Below are positions 1 to 5,769 of a stretch of 9,155 nucleotides of DNA, piece after piece. Position 1 is the stretch's first letter. Each line of letters starts with the position of its first letter. The position numbers and the translations under genes were made by a program. Under the pieces are notes generated by a model. That model was not told the origin of the DNA, ran no database searches, and worked only from the letters and a program-made list of their open reading frames with translations. Source of the stretch: Breznakia blatticola (GTDB taxonomy: Bacteria > Bacillota_I > Bacilli_A > Erysipelotrichales > Erysipelotrichaceae); the NCBI RefSeq assembly GCF_004365815.1, contig NZ_SODD01000063.1:1-9155 (forward strand), read 5' to 3'.

Positions 1-60
1 AACTGTCGAAACATGTTGGAAAGCCGTATACGTTAGTAGCGTACGTACGGTTTGATAAGG

Positions 61-92
61 GGCGATTGAAGTAATTCAGTCGCCTACTTTTT
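61..92 (+). terminator. Rho-independent terminator, presumably for an upstream + strand gene lying off-window
   Basis: GGCGATTGAA (61-70) pairs with TTCAGTCGCC (75-84) as a 10-bp stem with one U-G pair and a GTAA loop. It is followed by TACTTTTT on the + strand. On the - strand the hairpin is followed by CCTTATCAAACC, which is U-poor, so it would be a weaker terminator for the 95-955 gene. Confidence 0.6.
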
Positions 93-94
93 AA

Positions 95-955
95 TTACTT
101 AATAAAGTTTTTAAGATTTGCTTGTTTGTCGATGAATGGAACAATACTATCATCATTTGATGTAAATAATGCACATACACCTGGACCGTGTCCTGAAGTG
201 TAAGAATCACTGTGAACAATTACCCCAATGATCCAAGAACCTTTTTTATAGTGTGGACCATTAAACCCGTTATGATCTTCGATAGCAACAATATCACCAA
301 AACGTAATGTATCAAGTTTGTATTGTTTATTCATGTCTTCATCTTGCGTCATGATATCATAGTCACCACTTTCAAGAGCACTAGCACCTAATCCTGATCC
401 CATTAAGCAAGCTGGGATAATGTGGGTAACTCCAATTTTTAAATGGTTTTCTTCTTCACGAAGAAACTCTTTTGCTTCCATGATTTCAAATAATTCTGGA
501 TCTAAGTTCATCACTTTAATGTTTGGAAATTCTTCAATTGCTAGTCCTTGACCATATCCTTTAACTAACATCGTTTCATCTCCACTAAGAAAATCTAACA
601 CATCTTCATCAAAGTAAACAAATGCATGTTCAATTCCACCATGTGTTCCAGTGATAACTCCTGTTTTTCCTTTTGCATCTCCACTTGTGATACGAACTTT
701 ATTTCCAACACAGCTAAATAATTGAAGTGCAGGATTTTCATCTTTGTTTGGGTTTTGGATTGATACACCTGGTTCTACGTGGTCACCAACAATTCCCATA
801 CAAGAATCACCGATTTGGAAATTATATGTGATTCCTCCTACAGCTGGGATGATTCTTCCTTTACCATCATAGCCCACACGGTATCCTCTACCTGTTGGGT
901 GATGAATCTTTCCAATCAATGAATGCATAACAAGTTTTTCTTTATTTGTTTTCAT
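95..955 (-). CDS. Conserved hypothetical protein, DUF4438-like, soluble, 286 aa
   Basis: Full-length ORF with GGAGG (971-967 on the - strand) 11 nt upstream of the ATG. There is no TM segment or signal peptide. Gly-rich beta-type motifs (VGGITYNFQIGD, GDHVEPGVSI, GDAKGKTGVITG) match my recollection of the uncharacterised DUF4438 family. The family assignment is from memory and has not been searched. Confidence 0.7.
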   Translation of the reverse strand: MKTNKEKLVMHSLIGKIHHPTGRGYRVGYDGKGRIIPAVGGITYNFQIGDSCMGIVGDHVEPGVSIQNPNKDENPALQLFSCVGNKVRITSGDAKGKTGVITGTHGGIEHAFVYFDEDVLDFLSGDETMLVKGYGQGLAIEEFPNIKVMNLDPELFEIMEAKEFLREEENHLKIGVTHIIPACLMGSGLGASALESGDYDIMTQDEDMNKQYKLDTLRFGDIVAIEDHNGFNGPHYKKGSWIIGVIVHSDSYTSGHGPGVCALFTSNDDSIVPFIDKQANLKNFIK

Positions 956-980
956 AGTTAGTTTATCCTCCGATATTCTT

Positions 981-989
981 AGTATAACA
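981..989 (-). promoter_or_regulatory. Extended -10 promoter element (TGtTATACT) for the DUF4438-like gene
   Basis: The reverse complement of 981-989 (agtataaca) is TGTTATACT. The predicted TSS near 974 leaves a roughly 19-nt leader containing the GGAGG. I see no good -35 element. Confidence 0.4.
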
Positions 990-998
990 TGTTATAAT
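990..998 (+). promoter_or_regulatory. Extended -10 promoter element (TGtTATAAT) for the protease gene, implying a leaderless mRNA
   Basis: TG at 990-991 and TATAAT at 993-998. The ATG at 1005 lies 6 nt after the hexamer, which is where a TSS is expected. There is no SD between them. Confidence 0.45.
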
Positions 999-1004
999 TT
1001 CAAT

Positions 1005-1973
1005 ATGATAGTTAACGCTAAGACAAGAGTAGAAAAAACATTTAGTTACTCAGATAAAGAAAAAGAAACAATTAAGAAATGCTTTGAAATGTATGAACCA
1101 CAACTGATGGAAAGTAAAAAAACATATGATGGTCGTGCATTTTTCAAAGATCGAAAAATAATCAAACATACACCAACATTCACAATGAAAATGAAACAAG
1201 ACAAGGTGGGCTTATATGTATGTGATGTTTTGATTCAAGGAAAGGCAGTATCGATGTTGATTGATACCGGTGCACAGTGTAGTGTACTTTTTGAAAGTTC
1301 ATTAGCACTTGTGAAATCAACTCCTACAAATCACGATATGGAAATGGGAAGCTTTGGAGGAAAACGAGCAAAAGCAAAAACAGTTTCTGTAGAACGTGTA
1401 TATTTTGGTTCAGTGGAACTGCAAAACCAACCATTTGTTGTGATTGATAATAAACACTTTACGATTCCTTTAGTAAAAATAAATCTGATGGATTTTGATG
1501 GGATTCTAGGTTGGGATGTCTTGAGTCATTTAGATTTTGAATTAGATGATGTACATAAAACCTTTTCAATGATTGAACCACAAGAAGAGTTTCCGATTCA
1601 AAACTTTATACCGTCTGCATTTCCAACATGTATCGTGATTGATTCAAACAAACAGGCAAGTATTTTTGGTTTTGATAGTGGAGCGCGTGAAAGCTGGCTG
1701 GGTGAGAACTATATGAAGCAAACGAATATCGATGTAATCAGTAGTGTTAGACCACTCTCAATGGGTGTTCATGGAATGGAACGTGTAGAGACAATGCTTG
1801 CAGATTACCTACAATTGTATTTATATGATACACGTATGGTGTTTGATAAAATCATGAGTGGTCCAGTCAATATTATTGAACATGTAGAGTTTGCTGGTGT
1901 ACTAGGCAATAAAATATTTAAAGGTCGTAAACTACAAATCTATTCTTCGAAAAGATTTATGCGAATCTTGTGA
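1005..1973 (+). CDS. Retropepsin-like (clan AA) aspartic protease with two tandem lobes, cytoplasmic, 322 aa
   Basis: Lobe 1 has LIDTGAQCSVL (D87, nt 1263-1265) and later DGILGWDVL. Lobe 2 has FGFDSGARESWL (D224, nt 1674-1676) and later AGVLGNKIF. Both follow the retropepsin pattern of D-T/S-G-A, a flap region, then GILG. There is no signal peptide or TM segment. The first ~65 residues form a Lys-rich extension. Confidence 0.8.
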   Translation: MIVNAKTRVEKTFSYSDKEKETIKKCFEMYEPQLMESKKTYDGRAFFKDRKIIKHTPTFTMKMKQDKVGLYVCDVLIQGKAVSMLIDTGAQCSVLFESSLALVKSTPTNHDMEMGSFGGKRAKAKTVSVERVYFGSVELQNQPFVVIDNKHFTIPLVKINLMDFDGILGWDVLSHLDFELDDVHKTFSMIEPQEEFPIQNFIPSAFPTCIVIDSNKQASIFGFDSGARESWLGENYMKQTNIDVISSVRPLSMGVHGMERVETMLADYLQLYLYDTRMVFDKIMSGPVNIIEHVEFAGVLGNKIFKGRKLQIYSSKRFMRIL

Positions 1974-1979
1974 TATAAT
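1971..1979 (+). promoter_or_regulatory. Possible internal extended -10 promoter (TGaTATAAT) ahead of the PPIase gene
   Basis: TGATATAAT overlaps the TGA stop of the protease gene, 29 nt upstream of the PPIase ATG. No terminator separates the two genes, so read-through is equally possible. Confidence 0.3.
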
Positions 1980-2007
1980 ATCTAACATAGTTAAGTGAGG
2001 TATAAAT

Positions 2008-2439
2008 ATGATTAACGGAAAAATTACGATGCAAAATGGAGCTGAAATTCCTTTTGTTTTATACAATGAAGATGCACCGAAAACAGTTGCGAACTTCGTG
2101 AAATTGATTAATGATGGATATTACAATGGAAAAACATTTCACCGTGTAATTCCTGGTTTTGTTTCTCAAGGTGGATGTCCAAATGGAAATGGAACAGGAG
2201 ATTTAGGTTACACAATTACATGTGAAACAGAAGGAAATCCACACAAACACGTGGAAGGTGCTTTATCAATGGCACACCGCGGAAAAGATACAGGTTGTTG
2301 CCAATTCTTTATTGTTCACGATGCACAACCACACTTAGATGGTGTTCATACAGTTTTTGGTCAAGTTACAGATAACATGGGAGCTGTAAGAAACATGCAT
2401 AATGGTGATGTCATGGAAAAGGTTGAGGTTGAAGCTTAA
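2008..2439 (+). CDS. ppiB: Peptidyl-prolyl cis-trans isomerase, cyclophilin type, 143 aa
   Basis: Carries [24 protein letters not shown] and [12 protein letters not shown], the hallmarks of short bacterial cyclophilins. The SD AGTGAGG (1994-2000) lies 7 nt before the ATG. Confidence 0.93.
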   Translation: MINGKITMQNGAEIPFVLYNEDAPKTVANFVKLINDGYYNGKTFHRVIPGFVSQGGCPNGNGTGDLGYTITCETEGNPHKHVEGALSMAHRGKDTGCCQFFIVHDAQPHLDGVHTVFGQVTDNMGAVRNMHNGDVMEKVEVEA

Positions 2440-2786
2440 TGGGTGATCTTCGTAAATTGGGAGTACCAGCACTTGTCATAGTTGTTTGTGCACTCATTGC
2501 GTTTTGGGCAAATCCTGCTACATTCTTTGTCACAAACTTTTACTTATATTTAAAGATTGTTGCATTGATTATCTTTGGGGCAACACTAAATGTGTTCTCA
2601 AAGAAAAGCTTTTCAGGTAGTCCATACAAGAAAATCGTTGCAGTGTTACTTGTTGTGTTTATGACTTTAATTCAATTAAATGTAATTACACTTCAAACAA
2701 GTAATGTTGTATTTCAATTATTTAATCCAAATTACTTTTGGAACGATATGATTTATATTTACTGTGGGTACTTATTTGTCGACTAA
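2439..2786 (+). CDS. Hypothetical integral membrane protein, 115 aa, 3-4 predicted TM segments
   Basis: The ATG overlaps the ppiB stop as TAATG, with GAGG at 2425-2428. Hydrophobic stretches run at about residues 9-25, 33-52, 64-85 and 100-114. I recognise no family. Confidence 0.7.
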   Translation: MGDLRKLGVPALVIVVCALIAFWANPATFFVTNFYLYLKIVALIIFGATLNVFSKKSFSGSPYKKIVAVLLVVFMTLIQLNVITLQTSNVVFQLFNPNYFWNDMIYIYCGYLFVD

Positions 2787-2798
2787 TGGAGGTCTGAT

Positions 2799-2915
2799 AT
2801 GAAAAAGTTCTTCTACATGCAAATTGAAGATTGGCAACGTCGCTTATTTATGAGTGGTGCTTTTATCTTGTACTTTGCAATTATGTCATTTTTAGCATTT
2901 GGATTTGGGAAGTAA
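2799..2915 (+). CDS. Small membrane protein, 38 aa (MKKFFYMQIEDWQRRLFMSGAFILYFAIMSFLAFGFGK), absent from the ORF track
   Basis: Perfect GGAGG at 2788-2792, 6 nt upstream of the ATG at 2799, with a TAA stop at 2913-2915. The protein has a charged or amphipathic N-terminus followed by one hydrophobic helix. It fills an otherwise unexplained 133-nt gap in a tightly packed operon. Confidence 0.6.
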   Translation: MKKFFYMQIEDWQRRLFMSGAFILYFAIMSFLAFGFGK

Positions 2916-2919
2916 GTAT

Positions 2920-4089
2920 ATGAAAAGAAATGTATTATTTGTAGTCGATGAAAGAGAAATGGGTGGAGTATCGGTCGTGTTAAATGATCTAATCCACCTT
3001 TTAAATCGTGATGAGTTCCAAATTGATGTGCTTATATTACACGATAAAGGTTCTATGTTAAAACATCTTCCAAAAGATGTGCATGTATACTATGGTTCAC
3101 CATATTTTGAAGCAATTGATTATACATTGAAAGAAGCTATTCAATCAAAGAGTGTAAAAACGTTATTGCGAAAGTTGAAAGTTATATTTGATTTAAAAAC
3201 GGGGCGAATAAAAAAGGTGATTCCAAAGGAACGGAAGAAATTTATGCATAAATCCTATGATGTAGAAGTTGCATATAAAGATGGGTTTACAGCGATATTT
3301 ACAGCATACGGAGACACGCCAAAGAAAATTCACTGGTTACACAGTGCTTATGGAACGTTTAATCCAACAGAGAAATATCAAAAATTGTTTGAAGAACTTT
3401 TACCGAAATTTGATCATATTGTTGGAGTTGCAACTAATGTAGTAAAAGAATTTAATGAAATCTATCATTTAGATAACATCACGGAAGTTATTCCGATAGC
3501 TATGGACACAAAGCGAATCAAGCAACTCGCTAGCGCACAAAGTAAAGTGGCAATTCAAAATGAAGATATTAATATAGTTGTTGTTGGACGAGCGCATCCA
3601 GTAAAAGGATATGGGCGTATGGTTGATGTATTTGCTAGATTACAAAAAGAGAAACTATTAAATCAAGTAAAAGTGCATGTGTTTGGTGATGGTCCATTAT
3701 TTGATAATGTAGTTAAACAAATACATGATTTGAATTTACATGATGTAATTTATATGGAAGGAAATATAGATAATCCATATGCAGAGATGAAACAATATGA
3801 TTTCTTGCTGTTACCCTCATATTCTGAAGCTTTTGGAACGGTAATTAGTGAGTCATTTATCCTTCATGTACCTGTATTAGCAACGGATACATCTGCAAGT
3901 CAGATGTCAATAAAACCAAATGTTAATGGTTGGATATGCGAGAATAGTGAAGAAGGATTATATCAGCAATTAAAAGATGTACTTATGCATCCAGAAGAAA
4001 TAAGTTCATGTAAGAAATCGTTAAATGATTATGAATATGATAATTCAAAGATTCTAAAACGCATAAATGAAATATTAAAAGAAGGGTAA
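2920..4089 (+). CDS. Glycosyltransferase family 4 (GT-B fold, group 1), 389 aa from the ATG at 2920
   Basis: N-terminal MKRNVLFVVDEREMGGVS, VVGRAHPVKGY, FGDGP and LLLPSYSEAFGTVISESF (an E-x7-E motif) are typical of GT4 enzymes. The track start at 2899 is a TTG inside the 38-aa ORF. The ATG at 2920 gives the canonical N-terminus, with GGGAAG 7 nt upstream. Confidence 0.88.
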   Translation: MKRNVLFVVDEREMGGVSVVLNDLIHLLNRDEFQIDVLILHDKGSMLKHLPKDVHVYYGSPYFEAIDYTLKEAIQSKSVKTLLRKLKVIFDLKTGRIKKVIPKERKKFMHKSYDVEVAYKDGFTAIFTAYGDTPKKIHWLHSAYGTFNPTEKYQKLFEELLPKFDHIVGVATNVVKEFNEIYHLDNITEVIPIAMDTKRIKQLASAQSKVAIQNEDINIVVVGRAHPVKGYGRMVDVFARLQKEKLLNQVKVHVFGDGPLFDNVVKQIHDLNLHDVIYMEGNIDNPYAEMKQYDFLLLPSYSEAFGTVISESFILHVPVLATDTSASQMSIKPNVNGWICENSEEGLYQQLKDVLMHPEEISSCKKSLNDYEYDNSKILKRINEILKEG

Positions 4090-4121
4090 ATATTCCTAAT
4101 TAGGAGTGTTTGCCCTTCTTT
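4078..4121. terminator. Long hairpin spanning the 3' ends of two convergent genes; candidate bidirectional terminator
   Basis: AAAGAAGGG (4078-4086) is a perfect complement of CCCTTCTTT (4113-4121). Pairing continues inward with three U-G pairs on the + transcript to the palindrome TCCTAATTAGGA (4094-4105), leaving an AATT loop, for about 20 bp in total. Both stop codons (TAA 4087-4089, TAG 4098-4096) lie inside the stem. U-rich tracts follow it on both strands and are better on the - strand. Confidence 0.5.
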
Positions 4122-4824
4122 GTCTAAGAATTTCAAATGATAATATCGTAGATGCAGCAACTGCATTAAGTGCGTTTTTAAAATCTGTATTATAAGGTAT
4201 GTATACATGTTGGTTACTTAGTTCGAGTACATCTTTCGTAAGACCTCGTTTTTCACCACCGATGCAAATACATACTTTTTTATTGAAGTCATAATCATAC
4301 ATTTCTATAGCATGATCATCACGTGCAGCTGCAACAACTTCAAAACCAGCAGTTTGTAGTTCTTCAAGTGTATCTGCCACATTAGATGTTGTGATGTGTT
4401 TAATGTACTCACTTGCTCCTGCACTTGCTTTTGTAACAGTTGTAGCAGCATTTGACCAATTTCTTTCATTTGTGATTATACAACTGCATCCAGCTGCATA
4501 AAGTGAACGAATGATATATCCAAAATTAAATGGATCTTCGATTCCTTCCACAAATGCTACAAAGTCATCATTTTTAATGTCATCTACATTTTGATAGATT
4601 CGATCTTCAACTTCTGCTAGCATCCCACCATGGGTTTTTCCACTTGCCATTTCATCGATTTTCTCGCGTGTGATGGATTCAACTGGAACACCTTGTTCTT
4701 TTGCCTTGAAGATGATGTATCCACTATCTTTACTTTTTTTCTTTTTATCAACTATGATTTTCTTTACATTACGATATGGAGATAACAATGCTGCTTTAAC
4801 TGAAATATTTCCTTCTAATAGCAT
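4096..4824 (-). CDS. SpoU/TrmH family RNA 2'-O-methyltransferase (RlmB-like), 242 aa
   Basis: The N-terminal LEGNISVKAAL matches a SpoU substrate-binding domain. SPOUT motifs are present: DPFNFGYIIRS, ICIGGEKRGL, and IPYNTDFKNALNAVAASTILSFE. The SD GGAGAA lies within the end of the upstream gene. Confidence 0.88.
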   Translation of the reverse strand: MLLEGNISVKAALLSPYRNVKKIIVDKKKKSKDSGYIIFKAKEQGVPVESITREKIDEMASGKTHGGMLAEVEDRIYQNVDDIKNDDFVAFVEGIEDPFNFGYIIRSLYAAGCSCIITNERNWSNAATTVTKASAGASEYIKHITTSNVADTLEELQTAGFEVVAAARDDHAIEMYDYDFNKKVCICIGGEKRGLTKDVLELSNQHVYIPYNTDFKNALNAVAASTILSFEILRQRRANTPN

Positions 4825-4825
4825 G

Positions 4826-5680
4826 TTAGTATTCTCCAGTTAGTTCCATGTACTTACTTGCAGTAACAAATTCATATCCCATTTCTTTTAGTTTTGGAAT
4901 TACGATTTCTGCTGATTTTACGCTGCTATCGTAAATGTCATGATATAGAATTACTGCTTGTGGCTGAACAGTTCCCAGTACAGTATCAGCAGATCCTTGT
5001 GGGTCACCTTTAAAACGCCAGTCGTTACTATCAACTGTCCATAGGAAAATGTCTTTACCAATTGTTTCTTCAATCTCTTTACTGTAATTACCGTATGGAG
5101 GACGTAATAGCGTTGTAGTTTTACCACCTGCTTTACGGATTGCTTCATCTGTTCTATCGAGTTGTTGTTTCACTTCTGCGGGACTTAATTTTGTTAAATC
5201 AGGATGGTCGTAGGAGTGACTAGCAACTTCGTGACCTGCCTTAATAATCTTTTTAAGCATTTCTGGGTTTTGCTCAGCTTTACTACCTAAGACAAAGAAT
5301 GTTGCTTTGATATCATATTTCTTTAGTACACCTAATAAATAATCTGTGCTTTCATATCCTGGTCCATCATCAAATGTTAGACATGCAATTTTCATGTCTG
5401 CAGGAAGTGGTTTATGTCTTGGCAATTCTTTACCTATTGCAAAGTCGCGAAGTACAACTTCTTTAGCATTTCTCGCTTTCTCGTTAAATAAACTTGTATC
5501 CTTTACATATAATGCTATCGGATTAGGTTTTGGTGGGTTTAAGATTCCCATTAAACTCTTTACACCAAACACACTTAAACCGACTATCGCAATCATGATA
5601 ACGACTAGAATAGCAATGCGTCCCACACGCGGTTTCATTTTTCGATATTTCCTCTTTTTATTTTCATACTTATATCTCAT
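4826..5680 (-). CDS. Polysaccharide deacetylase (NodB domain, PgdA-like) with an N-terminal membrane anchor, 284 aa
   Basis: All NodB motifs are intact: TFDDGP, HEVASHSYDH, RPPYG, VDSNDW and ILYHD. Residues ~20-42 (GRIAILVVIMIAIVGLSVFGV) form a single TM anchor after a Lys/Arg-rich N-terminus. The stop is 1 nt from the methyltransferase ATG. Confidence 0.9.
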   Translation of the reverse strand: MRYKYENKKRKYRKMKPRVGRIAILVVIMIAIVGLSVFGVKSLMGILNPPKPNPIALYVKDTSLFNEKARNAKEVVLRDFAIGKELPRHKPLPADMKIACLTFDDGPGYESTDYLLGVLKKYDIKATFFVLGSKAEQNPEMLKKIIKAGHEVASHSYDHPDLTKLSPAEVKQQLDRTDEAIRKAGGKTTTLLRPPYGNYSKEIEETIGKDIFLWTVDSNDWRFKGDPQGSADTVLGTVQPQAVILYHDIYDSSVKSAEIVIPKLKEMGYEFVTASKYMELTGEY

Positions 5681-5769
5681 AACTCAAATCCTACTATGAA
5701 AGTCAAAAAAATACTAGTGTTAATGACATAAAAGTTGTATAGTAATTGAGTTAGCGAGGAATAAAGCCT

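Noticed and set aside
2899-2919. TTG start of the glycosyltransferase given by the ORF track
   Set aside because: It has no SD and overlaps the SD-equipped 38-aa ORF. The ATG at 2920 yields the canonical GT4 N-terminus (MKRNVLFVVDE...GG).
4734-4740. A7/T7 homopolymer inside the methyltransferase coding region (VDKKKKSK) as a possible slippage or phase-variation site
   Set aside because: Seven-base A/T runs encoding Lys tracts are common in AT-rich genomes. The frame is intact and nothing else suggests phase variation.
4951-5148. 65-aa - strand ORF inside the deacetylase gene in another frame
   Set aside because: It is nested out of frame within a CDS that has intact NodB motifs. It has no SD and no recognisable features.
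5636-5638. Alternative internal start (Met15, MKPRVGR...) for the deacetylase, preceded by AAGAGGAAA
   Set aside because: The SD-to-ATG spacing is about 12 nt, which is long. Met1 at 5680 has AGGA 8 nt upstream. I kept the longer form, but the choice is not certain.
5346-5699. 117-aa + strand ORF
   Set aside because: It lies entirely antisense to the well-supported deacetylase gene. The product is low-complexity (Leu/Phe/Ile/Ser-rich), there is no SD, and it runs through the divergent promoter region. This is a typical shadow ORF.
5680-5753. 8-bp inverted repeat TAACTCAA / TTGAGTTA flanking the deacetylase-typA intergenic region, and an A7 run at 5705-5711
   Set aside because: The arms are short, AT-rich and about 58 nt apart, which is within chance expectation. 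I could not define convincing -35/-10 pairs for either divergent gene here, so no promoter is reported.
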